Positions 9,851 to 19,143 of a DNA stretch of 64,000 bases are shown here, piece by piece; the stretch's first letter is position 1, and the number at the start of each line of letters is the position of its first letter. The notes under the pieces were generated by a model. The model was not told the origin of the DNA and did no database searches. It saw only the letters and a list, made by a program, of their open reading frames with translations. Origin of the DNA: a virus (Duplodnaviria; Heunggongvirae; Uroviricota; Caudoviricetes); the IMG/VR virus record IMGVR_UViG_3300042298_002704; one strand, given 5' to 3'. A program made the position numbers and the translations under genes.

Positions 9851-11962
9851 ATGAAAGCAGCAGTAGAACATATTTTTAATGGTCCAACTGGAAGTTTAAG
9901 TTCATATACGTCAAGTCTATGTTCATTTGGTAATTTATTTCAACAATATACCGGAAGTAAATCATATATTGCTCCGAATGCAACTTTATCAGTAAGTTTA
10001 CCAGAAGTTTCAACCTTTACGACTACGTATCCTCACGTTTATCAGTGGTCTAATAGATATTTTTGGATTTTTACTGCTGATTTTGCTACTGCTGCCTCGA
10101 CTCGTAGAGTTGTCATGTATCAATATGACCGACAAACTGATTCTACCAGTTTGATAGGTTCAATTTTATTGAACTTTTCTGTTATTTCAGGAAACAAGAC
10201 CTCGAGGTCAATTCGAGGATTGGTATATAAACATACAACCGGAACCGTTCAAGCAACAAATGCGACTACTATAACTGGCACATCTACACAATTTCAGACT
10301 GAACGAATTGCAGCAGGTGCAAGAATTGGGTTTGGATCAACTAATCCCACTGAAATAACTACTTGGTATAATATTACTGCAATTGCAAGTGATACCAGTT
10401 TAATAATAGATCAAACTGTAACTATTCCTGCCGGAACCTCGTATGTTATTGAGGAAATTAGAATTGCGTATATTTGTACTAATGCAACTGCTGCAAACGG
10501 GGGGTTGTTTTTAGTAAAAGGATTAAACCCAAGCGTTTTTACCGCAAATACATCTATTTCGGAAGCAGCTTCAACTGATAACCTTCGAGCAATTTACTTT
10601 TTAAAGGATGCTGTTACAAATAACAATACTGTCGCATACGGTATCGGAATGGCTGATGAAGTAAGCAAAACCGAACACGAATGTTACATCTTAAACGCAG
10701 ATGCGACAACTACTGCAAGAATATATAGGTTTAATCTAAGAGCAGCGTTGACTGTTTCATCCGGTGCGTCCACGAGCGCGTTTGTTTATAGAACTGGTCA
10801 GGCGACAACGACTGGTACAATTGCAACTGCTCACAACGGTCGAGTATTTGCAGTGAATCACGGTGCAGCATCTGGAATTAGTTCGTTTTGGTTTTGCACC
10901 ACTACTCGTGTATATAGATGTGCATTAACTGATATTACCAACGGCGGGACTTCGCATTTGACAGATGCAATGGTTGAGATTCCTGCTGGTTCAACTACGA
11001 CATATCCTGCAACTGCTACTTTATCTCAAGTTGATTATGCAAGTTCAATAGATAGATTAATAATTTCAACTGGTGTTGCTCCGTTTCGTTTGCATATAAC
11101 TGATTATAAAACAGATGGTTCGCAATTTGAAAAATATATAATTCCGGATTTAGGTAGATTGGAATCTTCCACCACTTCAACAGATGTAGCAAATACAATT
11201 TCAGCAAGGGCATTGCCCCACAATATATGGACTGAGGATGGAATTTTATTCACAATACCTGCATCAGTGACTACTGGTATCAATATCATGTATGTTTATC
11301 CGGGATTTGGGGCAGATTGGTCATATGCAGACACAGCGCAACAATATATAATTACGCCAAAATTAACTACTTTGAATGCTCAAAAACTTTATCGTGCCTA
11401 TGTTACAAATAAGGAAAATGAAGGAAATGAGCATTTAGGTTCGGCCACGGATGGGTTTAGGCTATACGCTCGTACGAGCGGAATAGATGATAATACTGGG
11501 GGTTGGATTTTATTAAATGATGATTTTGGTTTGACCGGGCTGACTCCGGGAACGCATATTCAATTTAAAATCGAATTTGAAACTTTATCTGATTTATGTG
11601 TTCCAACCAAGATTTATTCCGTTTGTTGTGTTTATGAGGACGGAAGTCAAGATTATCATTACGAACCAAGTTTAACATACTCTTCGGCTCAAAATAGAAT
11701 ATTTGCATGGAGGCAAGCACAAAGTTGGGGTTCAAATATTCCTAATCTTCGCATAAGGTTATTTAATATTGCGACCGGATTATTAATTCACGATGACGAT
11801 ATTACAAATTCAGATTATGGAACGTGGCAATATTCAACAGATGGAATAACATGGAATACTTGGTCAGCAGCACAAGATGTGGTTGGAAATTATATCCGTT
11901 ATACTGCAACTTCACTGCCTAATAATATAACTGTTAGAGCATTGTTAACGCAGGGAGTATAA
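9851..11962 (+). CDS. Large structural protein (703 aa; baseplate/fibre-associated?)
   Basis: ATG 3 nt after the upstream stop. Thr/Ser/Ala-rich. Confidence 0.55.
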   Translation: MKAAVEHIFNGPTGSLSSYTSSLCSFGNLFQQYTGSKSYIAPNATLSVSLPEVSTFTTTYPHVYQWSNRYFWIFTADFATAASTRRVVMYQYDRQTDSTSLIGSILLNFSVISGNKTSRSIRGLVYKHTTGTVQATNATTITGTSTQFQTERIAAGARIGFGSTNPTEITTWYNITAIASDTSLIIDQTVTIPAGTSYVIEEIRIAYICTNATAANGGLFLVKGLNPSVFTANTSISEAASTDNLRAIYFLKDAVTNNNTVAYGIGMADEVSKTEHECYILNADATTTARIYRFNLRAALTVSSGASTSAFVYRTGQATTTGTIATAHNGRVFAVNHGAASGISSFWFCTTTRVYRCALTDITNGGTSHLTDAMVEIPAGSTTTYPATATLSQVDYASSIDRLIISTGVAPFRLHITDYKTDGSQFEKYIIPDLGRLESSTTSTDVANTISARALPHNIWTEDGILFTIPASVTTGINIMYVYPGFGADWSYADTAQQYIITPKLTTLNAQKLYRAYVTNKENEGNEHLGSATDGFRLYARTSGIDDNTGGWILLNDDFGLTGLTPGTHIQFKIEFETLSDLCVPTKIYSVCCVYEDGSQDYHYEPSLTYSSAQNRIFAWRQAQSWGSNIPNLRIRLFNIATGLLIHDDDITNSDYGTWQYSTDGITWNTWSAAQDVVGNYIRYTATSLPNNITVRALLTQGV

Positions 11963-11964
11963 TT

Positions 11965-12129
11965 TATGGCTTTGGACGATATTCAGTTTGCAACTACGGG
12001 TTCTTATTCACAACCTTCCATTATTGTAACTTTACCTGAGAGCGGATCGTTAGGTAGTCCAATATTAATTGAAGCGCAAACAGTATTTTTTGAGAAGAAA
12101 CTTATAAGCGAACAAACTTTTGTATTTTA
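11965..12129 (+). CDS. Small ORF (54 aa)
   Basis: ATG immediately after the upstream stop. Not in the ORF track (<60 aa). Confidence 0.25.
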
Positions 12130-12132
12130 ACA

Positions 12133-12144
12133 GGATATTTATAT
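12133..12144 (+). promoter_or_regulatory. Late-type motif GGATATTTATAT
   Basis: 23 nt upstream of the 12167 start. Confidence 0.45.
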
Positions 12145-12166
12145 TTTAAAATAAGGAACCTTTGAA

Positions 12167-13348
12167 TTGCCTTCATATTCACCTAACATAGAAATTTGGG
12201 CCGGTAGCGGAAGTTTTTTTCCACTAACCTTTACCCCTTTTGGATTTTACGATAATGATTCAGAATTCCAATGTGATTCAGAAGCAATTGCAAAATGGGC
12301 CGCGCTACGTCTCGGCTTTCCAATTATGGACGTGGAACTTCAAGAGGTCAATTTCTATGCAGCGTTTGAAGAAGCAGTAAATGAATACGGCGCACAATTA
12401 AATTACTTTCGAGCAAGAGATCAACTATTAAATCTTCAAGGGCAGCCAACAGGCTCGGTTAATTTGAGTCAAAAATACGTTCCACAAACTTTAAGAGGAA
12501 TTTTTAAACTTTCAAAAGCATACGGAACAGAAGCAGGATTTGCAGGAAACCAAACTTTTTACACTGGTTCAATAACATTGACAACTCAAAAACAAGTCTA
12601 TGATTTGGTTAGAGATGCTGTAATTGAAACGGGAAGTTTTGCAACCGATCAATTTGTAATTCGGAGAATCTTTCACGAAAATACTCCTGCCTTAACTCGT
12701 TTGTTAGACCCAACTTTGGGTGCAGGTTTCGGTTCCCAAGAAATGCTTTCACAATTTGGTTGGAGTAGTTATTCAGTTCCGGGTAACTATTTATTGATGC
12801 CCCTTTACCATGACGTTTTACGGATGCAAGCAGTTGAGTTTAACGACTTGATTCGTAAAAGTGGCTATTCATTTCAATTAACTGGCAATCGTTTAAGAAT
12901 ATTTCCGATTCCAACTCAAACAGTAAAATTATGGTTCACATATACGTTAGATAAAGAAGGAAGTCCGGTTAATACGGAAGGTTCAGAACGTGATTTTAAT
13001 GGCAAGATTTCCGATATTTCAAATATCCCGTACCAAACCATAACCTATAAGTTTATAAATGAAATCGGCAAACAATGGATTCGTAGATATTGTTTGGCAT
13101 TGGTTACTGAAACATTAGGTTATATTAGAAATAAATATGCTTCCATTCCAATTCCGGATGGTGAAGTAACTTTAAACGGCGCTGATTTAGTTTCACAAGG
13201 TAAAGAAAAGCAAGACGCACTTTTAACTGAATTAAAAGAAGTTTTGGATTCAATGTCATTTCAGGCTCAACTTGAAAGAAAGACGGCAGTGGCAGAAAAC
13301 TTACAAAACCAATTGAAGTTTGTTCCGTTGAAGATTTATATAAAATAA
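12167..13348 (+). CDS. Putative baseplate/structural protein
   Basis: TTG start 23 nt after GGATATTTATAT at 12133-12144. 393 aa. Confidence 0.55.
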   Translation: MPSYSPNIEIWAGSGSFFPLTFTPFGFYDNDSEFQCDSEAIAKWAALRLGFPIMDVELQEVNFYAAFEEAVNEYGAQLNYFRARDQLLNLQGQPTGSVNLSQKYVPQTLRGIFKLSKAYGTEAGFAGNQTFYTGSITLTTQKQVYDLVRDAVIETGSFATDQFVIRRIFHENTPALTRLLDPTLGAGFGSQEMLSQFGWSSYSVPGNYLLMPLYHDVLRMQAVEFNDLIRKSGYSFQLTGNRLRIFPIPTQTVKLWFTYTLDKEGSPVNTEGSERDFNGKISDISNIPYQTITYKFINEIGKQWIRRYCLALVTETLGYIRNKYASIPIPDGEVTLNGADLVSQGKEKQDALLTELKEVLDSMSFQAQLERKTAVAENLQNQLKFVPLKIYIK

Positions 13349-13360
13349 AAAGGAATAAGT

Positions 13361-13690
13361 ATGAAAAAAAAACCAACCAGAAGACAGCAAGCAATTATAG
13401 AACATTTCGTTAAACAAGTATTAAAAGAAGAAGACCCAAACTACCGAAAAAAAGCACATTTTAAATATTCTGATAGAAATAAATTTTTAACTGATAGAAC
13501 TGTTGAACTATTCCATTCCGAATTTTACAAGGATGTTCATAAATTTGCTGACAAAATTATGGACGAACTTCGCGATAAATTATCAGTTGAAGATATATCT
13601 TTTGGTAGAACAGCGGGTTCTGATTTAAAAATAATTAGAAGTGTATTGCGCCGGGAAATTATTAAGTTTATGAACGATTGGACTGGATAA
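13361..13690 (+). CDS. Small protein, paralog family A (KPTRRQQAIIEHFVKQVL)
   Basis: N-terminus nearly identical to the 15025-15219 product. Confidence 0.5.
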   Translation: MKKKPTRRQQAIIEHFVKQVLKEEDPNYRKKAHFKYSDRNKFLTDRTVELFHSEFYKDVHKFADKIMDELRDKLSVEDISFGRTAGSDLKIIRSVLRREIIKFMNDWTG

Positions 13691-13723
13691 AACAGCATTA
13701 TTTATATTAACCCAAATATTATT

Positions 13724-14008
13724 ATGAAAACTTTACTATTGACAACATTTTTATTATTCGCAACTTCAAAGGTTCCGGTTCAAGAAAAAGAATGGCTTGG
13801 AAGCATTCACGTTTTCATGACTGATGACGATCAAATTGAAGTTCAATACAACGGTAATTATCAAAAATGTTTTGTCATTTACTTAGTCAAACGAGTTTGC
13901 GTAAGTTGCGATTCAACAATAAATGAACCATATTTGGATTCAATCTTTAATTTTCAATCCATTCAAAGAGAAGTTCCAAAAAAACCCATAAAAACAAAAA
14001 GGATGTAA
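13724..14008 (+). CDS. Small secreted protein
   Basis: Signal peptide MKTLLLTTFLLFATS. Cys-containing mature part. Confidence 0.45.
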   Translation: MKTLLLTTFLLFATSKVPVQEKEWLGSIHVFMTDDDQIEVQYNGNYQKCFVIYLVKRVCVSCDSTINEPYLDSIFNFQSIQREVPKKPIKTKRM

Positions 14009-14203
14009 ACACGAATAAAGCAAAAGTAGAACGTATGATTACGAAAATTATGCTCAAAGAATCTTCATCGCAGCGAGAATATAGTAAAATTTTACAAGCA
14101 ATTTCGGATGCTACTGAATATTCACAACGTCGTGAGGATGTGAAACAATTATTAACTTCCGTAATTGAATACTGCCAATCTAAACTTAGGAATCTTTAAT
14201 ATT

Positions 14204-14485
14204 ATGAATTTAAAAGAAAACTATGAAAGGTTCTTTGGAAAAATAAACCAAGAACCAAAACAAACAAATAAAACATTAACTTCTGAACAGAAAACCAGAT
14301 TTATTAATCTATCGCATCAACTTAAACTCAAATATCCCAATGCCCCCCTAACATTAAAGGAAGGTTTTGTTTGGATGGGTAACAAAAAAGTTGAACAGGC
14401 TGATAAATTCTTAAATCGTTCGGCCATGCAAATTCAAGAAATGGTTAGAAGTTTTTCAAATTCAGGTAAACGAGGATTGATTTAA
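14204..14485 (+). CDS. Small protein, paralog family B (KENYERFFGKINQEP)
   Basis: Trimmed to the first ATG. N-terminus similar to the 16101-16328 product (KETYERSFGRLNESP). Confidence 0.5.
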   Translation: MNLKENYERFFGKINQEPKQTNKTLTSEQKTRFINLSHQLKLKYPNAPLTLKEGFVWMGNKKVEQADKFLNRSAMQIQEMVRSFSNSGKRGLI

Positions 14486-15028
14486 TTGGCAATCTTTGGC
14501 GGAACTTCAAGAGATGCTTTATTTTTAAAGCACGTTTCAAAGGAAATAATCAATCGTATTATTTCAGTGGAAATTGCTTTGTATAAGTTAAACCTCCAAC
14601 ATACTGAAATTTCAATGTATGGGGAAAGTTCAAAGAAGTTCTACGATAATCCAATCAGGCTGTTTACTTTGGTTTCAAAAGAAGAAGCAACTTTAAACGA
14701 TGTTGATACGGGTTTAGATGCCGCGCAGAACGTCGTATTTTCATTTCTAAGGGACGATCTCAAAGATTACGATATAATACTCGACGTTGGTGATATAATC
14801 AAATTTAACGCCAATTTTTACGAAATTGATAATGTAGTTCAAAACCAGTTTTGGTTTGGTAGAAATCCAGATACTTTACCAATTACAACAGAGGGTAGAA
14901 GTAATTACCAGTTTGGATATAACCAAACAGTCAAATGTTCAACCCACTTAACAAGAATATCACAATTAAACCTTGTACCAGTTAGGTCAGGAATAACAAA
15001 AACTCTAAATATACCGAGGAACTTATGA
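14486..15028 (+). CDS. Hypothetical structural-module protein
   Basis: TTG start overlapping the upstream TAA. 180 aa. Confidence 0.45.
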   Translation: MAIFGGTSRDALFLKHVSKEIINRIISVEIALYKLNLQHTEISMYGESSKKFYDNPIRLFTLVSKEEATLNDVDTGLDAAQNVVFSFLRDDLKDYDIILDVGDIIKFNANFYEIDNVVQNQFWFGRNPDTLPITTEGRSNYQFGYNQTVKCSTHLTRISQLNLVPVRSGITKTLNIPRNL

Positions 15029-15219
15029 GAAAACCAACTAAAAGACAAATTCAAATAGCAGAACATTTCGTTAAGAAGGTTTTGAGTGAAGCATCTGATT
15101 CAACATCATTAAACGTTTCAAATCGTTTAAGTTATTTGGCTAAACAACTCAAATCAAATAAGTTGACGCTTGGCGAAGTAATAACCAATTTAAAACAATT
15201 AATCAGTAGTTTGAAATAA
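15025..15219 (+). CDS. Small protein, paralog family A
   Basis: ATGA overlap with the upstream gene. KPTKRQIQIAEHFVKKVL matches 13361-13690. Confidence 0.5.
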   Translation: MRKPTKRQIQIAEHFVKKVLSEASDSTSLNVSNRLSYLAKQLKSNKLTLGEVITNLKQLISSLK

Positions 15220-16104
15220 ATGCCTCAACATCAAATCTATCCATACCAAGAAGGTAGAACGGTAAATTCAAACAATCGTGCTACTGATATGCGAAGGGAC
15301 AATGACACAGTCAAGGTTCCTAAGATTGGCTTGTATGACATAGACTACGCCATATTTTTCCACCTACAAAACAACTGGAAGCCCCGTGTAATTGAAAATG
15401 ATGTTTCTATTCCCGTTCCGGTTATGTTTTCAAATGGTGAAAAATGGGCGCAAATTAGGGCAAATGGTTATTTACGGGATAATATGAAAAAAGTTCAAAG
15501 TCCGTTAATAATCATTCGTAGAGGTGATGTTACAAATGATGAAAGAATTTCATTACCTCCGGGTCAAGTTTGGGGAGGAAATTCGGTTGTTTATCCAAAA
15601 CAAAGAGTTATCCCATATAGAAATAGTGGTATGGTTTGGGATAAAACCGCAGGTCAATATTTAACAAAAGAAAGTGTAGAATTTTATTTAATTGATATTC
15701 CCAATTACGTTCGTATAACCTATGATTTGATTTTGTGGACTGATTTGCAGGAACAAATGAATGTTTTAGTTCAACAACTAATTCCAATGTCAGGTCATAT
15801 ATGGGGTGATTTTTATAAGTTCAGAACCTCAATCCAAAGTATGACTCCTGAAAACGTCAATGTTCCGGGAGAAGATAGATTGATTAAAACAACGGTAAGT
15901 TTGCAAGTTGACGGTTATTTAAGAAATGAATTTGAATATCAGCAATCAAAAGTTCAAAAAGCATTTTCAATCAAAAAGGTTCGATTTTTGGAAGAAGGTT
16001 CAGAAAAAATAATGTACGATGATATTAATGACATAAATAACCCAACCATTGAAAATACTGCAAACATACCACAAACTGAATTAAAAAGGAAAATAAGAAC
16101 ATGA
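15220..16104 (+). CDS. Hypothetical virion-module protein (294 aa)
   Basis: ATG adjacent to the upstream TAA. Confidence 0.55.
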   Translation: MPQHQIYPYQEGRTVNSNNRATDMRRDNDTVKVPKIGLYDIDYAIFFHLQNNWKPRVIENDVSIPVPVMFSNGEKWAQIRANGYLRDNMKKVQSPLIIIRRGDVTNDERISLPPGQVWGGNSVVYPKQRVIPYRNSGMVWDKTAGQYLTKESVEFYLIDIPNYVRITYDLILWTDLQEQMNVLVQQLIPMSGHIWGDFYKFRTSIQSMTPENVNVPGEDRLIKTTVSLQVDGYLRNEFEYQQSKVQKAFSIKKVRFLEEGSEKIMYDDINDINNPTIENTANIPQTELKRKIRT

Positions 16105-16328
16105 AAAAACATCCATTAAAAGAAACATACGAACGTTCGTTTGGAAGACTAAATGAAAGTCCGGAACGAAATAAAATAACCTATTATATGAGTAGACTTC
16201 AAAAAGAAGTTATGAAATTGAACCAAGAAGTTCAAGCAAATCCGGAATTTAAACAAAACGATCCGATTAAAAGCGGATTGGCTGGGGTAATAACTGCTTT
16301 CAATAAATTCTTTGAAGTTACAAAATAA
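16101..16328 (+). CDS. Small protein, paralog family B
   Basis: ATGA overlap. Similar to the 14204-14485 product. Confidence 0.5.
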   Translation: MKKHPLKETYERSFGRLNESPERNKITYYMSRLQKEVMKLNQEVQANPEFKQNDPIKSGLAGVITAFNKFFEVTK

Positions 16329-16349
16329 AAATAGGTTTGCAAAAAAACT

Positions 16350-16362
16350 GATATATTTATAT
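16350..16362 (+). promoter_or_regulatory. Late-type motif GATATATTTATAT
   Basis: 35 nt upstream of the sheath start. Confidence 0.45.
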
Positions 16363-16396
16363 AATAAACACAAAATAAACAAAGAGGATATGATAA

Positions 16397-18244
16397 TTGG
16401 CTAACAGCAACGTTTTTAGCAGCCCGGGTGTATTCACACGCGAATTTGATTTGTCATTCAGACCTCTGGAAATCCCTGCGGTTGGTGCAGCAGTCATTGG
16501 ACCAACCGTTCGTGGTCCAGCGTTTGTACCGACACCTATTTCAACGTACAGCGAATATATTCGTTGGTTTGGAGACACTTTTATTTCCGGTTCCGGTGCA
16601 AGTGAGCGGATGTATAAATATTTAACTACCCATTGCGTGCAAGAATATTTGCGTTATGGTCAGGTCATCACCGTAGTTAAAATTTTAAATGCAGGATATC
16701 AACCAGCGTATTCGTATGTAATTAATTCTTCAAGTTATGCTACATTGTCGACTCTGAGTTCTGGCTCAGTAACGTTCGGCGCAAATAACATGGCGTTCAA
16801 AATAGTTTCACTTTCTGATGGTGAAATTATGAACTCTGGCCGTTTGGCCGCCGCCGTTTCAGGTTCAGGCGTAGCAGCAGAAGAAAGTACAAATAATTTA
16901 TTGTTGACTGGTTCGCAGTTCAATGCACGTTGGGAAATTGCAAACGTTGATCCATCTCGCGGTGTATTTGATTTATACATCCGTAGAGGCGATGATATTT
17001 CAAATAGAAAAGTTATTTTGGAACAATATTCGCAAGTAAGTTTGGACCCAAATACACAAAACTATCTCCCAAGAGTAGTTGGTGATATGGTTAATACTTT
17101 GAGATACGATTCCAATGGTAGCCCATACTTGGAACGTTCTGGTTCATTCCCAAATCGTTCCAGATTTATTCGTATTGAAGGTGTAAATAATACCTTAAAT
17201 TACATTAATTCAAACGGCGCTGTTAGAGATGCGAGTTTGTCAGGTTCTTTACCTGCGGCTGTATCTGGAACCTTTGCAGGTGGTAGCGATGGTAATGTTA
17301 TTCACCCTCGTGCAATGAATGAATTGATGTTTGCGACAAATACGCAAGGCTTTAATCCGGCATCTGCATCATGGGGTCAAACAGCGTATCAAGACGCAAT
17401 TGATATTCTTTCAAACAAAGACCAATACGACATTAATTTGTTATTTACTCCGGGATTGTTGGATAATGCAACTGGACACGGTTCAATTATTACCCGCGCA
17501 ATTAATATGTGCGAAGATAGAGGCGATGTTTTCTACGTTATTGATCCAACTTACAAAGGTTCAACAGTAGGACAAGCGCAATTAGCAGCCGAAGGTAGAA
17601 ATACCAACTACGCTGCAATGTACTATCCTTGGTGTCAAATCAACGACCCTGATTTGGGTAGAAATGTTTGGGTTCCGCCAAGTGCTATTATTTCAGGCGT
17701 TTATTCATTTAACGACTTGGTTGCGCATCCTTGGTACGCTCCTGCTGGTTTAAATCGCGGTACTCTTGATACCGTAGTTCAAACCGAACGTTTGATGACC
17801 CAAGGCGATAGAGATAATCTTTACATTAAATCAGTTAACCCGATTGCGACATTCCCGCGTCAAGGTATTACGGTTTGGGGTCAAAAAACATTGCAGAAAA
17901 AACAATCTGCTCTCGACCGGATCAACGTTCGTAGATTGTTAATTGATGCTAAACGGTTTGTTGCTTACACGGTTAAGTATTTGGTGTTTGAAAATAATAC
18001 CGTAGAAACTCGTGCAAGATTCATTGAATTGACCGATCCGTATTTCCGTAGAGTTAAGAACCAGCAAGGTCTTTACGATTACCGTATCATTATTGATGAA
18101 AGTAACAATACTCCAGACGTAGTTGATAGAAATGAAATGAGAGCGCAGATTTATTTGAAACCTGCAAAAACAGCCGAATTCATTATCGTTGACTTTGTTG
18201 TACTTCCGACCGGAGCATTGTTTCCAACGGATACAAACGAATAA
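16397..18244 (+). CDS. Tail sheath protein
   Basis: C-terminal sheath signature SGVYSFND...WYAPAGLNRG...NPIATFPRQGITVWGQKTL. TTG start with AAAGAGGA 8 nt upstream. GATATATTTATAT motif at 16350-16362. Lies just upstream of the tube gene. Confidence 0.9.
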   Translation: MANSNVFSSPGVFTREFDLSFRPLEIPAVGAAVIGPTVRGPAFVPTPISTYSEYIRWFGDTFISGSGASERMYKYLTTHCVQEYLRYGQVITVVKILNAGYQPAYSYVINSSSYATLSTLSSGSVTFGANNMAFKIVSLSDGEIMNSGRLAAAVSGSGVAAEESTNNLLLTGSQFNARWEIANVDPSRGVFDLYIRRGDDISNRKVILEQYSQVSLDPNTQNYLPRVVGDMVNTLRYDSNGSPYLERSGSFPNRSRFIRIEGVNNTLNYINSNGAVRDASLSGSLPAAVSGTFAGGSDGNVIHPRAMNELMFATNTQGFNPASASWGQTAYQDAIDILSNKDQYDINLLFTPGLLDNATGHGSIITRAINMCEDRGDVFYVIDPTYKGSTVGQAQLAAEGRNTNYAAMYYPWCQINDPDLGRNVWVPPSAIISGVYSFNDLVAHPWYAPAGLNRGTLDTVVQTERLMTQGDRDNLYIKSVNPIATFPRQGITVWGQKTLQKKQSALDRINVRRLLIDAKRFVAYTVKYLVFENNTVETRARFIELTDPYFRRVKNQQGLYDYRIIIDESNNTPDVVDRNEMRAQIYLKPAKTAEFIIVDFVVLPTGALFPTDTNE

Positions 18245-18255
18245 ATATAAAATTA

Positions 18256-18301
18256 CCTAACCTTGGATTATAAAAAAAGTTCAAGGTTAGGATATTTATA
18301 T
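18256..18301 (+). promoter_or_regulatory. Sheath-tube intergenic stem-loop overlapping the GGATATTTATAT motif
   Basis: Perfect 10-bp inverted repeat CCTAACCTTG/CAAGGTTAGG with a 15-nt loop. The motif is at 18290-18301, 22 nt before the tube ATG. Confidence 0.5.
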
Positions 18302-18322
18302 TAAAATAGAGGAAAAATAGAA

Positions 18323-18796
18323 ATGCCAAGATTATTAACTCCGGAAGCGCACAATCCTATTTTGCAATTTCGGTATATGATTACAACTTCAAAGTTACCA
18401 AACGTTCAATTGTATGGAAAGGCTGCAACTCAGCCTACCCACCAATCAGCGCCCGTGACTGTCGAATATATCAATTCGTATTTCAAGGTTAAAGGTAAAT
18501 TAAGATGGGATTCCATAACGGTTTCTTGTTATAACTTTGAAGGAATTACTGCTTCGGAATTGTGGACGTATTTACAGGAACACCAAGCAGTTGATAGTGC
18601 GACTGATACACGCGCTCCATCATACAAACATGACCTTCAATTAATGTTGTTAGGCCCGGACGAAGCGCCTGTTGGTACTTGGAAACTCGTTGGCGCATTT
18701 TATGAAACTGTTGCTTACGGTACTCATGATCGCGGAACGGACGACGTTTCAGTTGCAGAATTGACTATCTGTTACGATTACGCAACTTATTCGTAA
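18323..18796 (+). CDS. Tail tube protein (T4 gp19-like)
   Basis: Sits directly after the sheath gene. MPRLLxPE..NP..QFRY N-terminus shared by two paralogs. GGATATTTATAT at 18290-18301. Confidence 0.8.
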   Translation: MPRLLTPEAHNPILQFRYMITTSKLPNVQLYGKAATQPTHQSAPVTVEYINSYFKVKGKLRWDSITVSCYNFEGITASELWTYLQEHQAVDSATDTRAPSYKHDLQLMLLGPDEAPVGTWKLVGAFYETVAYGTHDRGTDDVSVAELTICYDYATYS

Positions 18797-18833
18797 CTAC
18801 TTTTTAAACTAAAATAAAATAAAGGAAAATGTT

Positions 18834-19082
18834 ATGCCAGATTTTTTAGTAAATCTTTTGGTTAACCTTTGGGACAAATTTAAAGCCAAAAACGCGAAAG
18901 TAGCCACATTGATTGTGGTAGTTTTGGGTACTTTGGTTTATTTTGCCGACCAAGGCACATTGGCTGGTTTGATTACATTGCCCGATTGGGCTGCTACTGC
19001 TATTCAGTGGATTGGTACTTTGTTATTGGCACTTCAAGGTTCTCGCACCAGTGCTGATTTGGCCAAACAACATCAAGGTTAA
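18834..19082 (+). CDS. Small two-TM membrane protein
   Basis: Two hydrophobic segments (LIVVVLGTLVYFA, AIQWIGTLLLAL). Followed by a bidirectional terminator. Confidence 0.5.
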   Translation: MPDFLVNLLVNLWDKFKAKNAKVATLIVVVLGTLVYFADQGTLAGLITLPDWAATAIQWIGTLLLALQGSRTSADLAKQHQG

Positions 19083-19105
19083 TCTTTTAAATAAAATTAT
19101 AATAA

Positions 19106-19143
19106 TAGGGCAATGGCGTAAAAAACCTTTGCCCTATTTTTTT
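19106..19143. terminator. Bidirectional terminator between convergent genes
   Basis: TAGGGCAA…TTGCCCTA perfect 8-bp stem followed by TTTTTTT. Confidence 0.6.
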
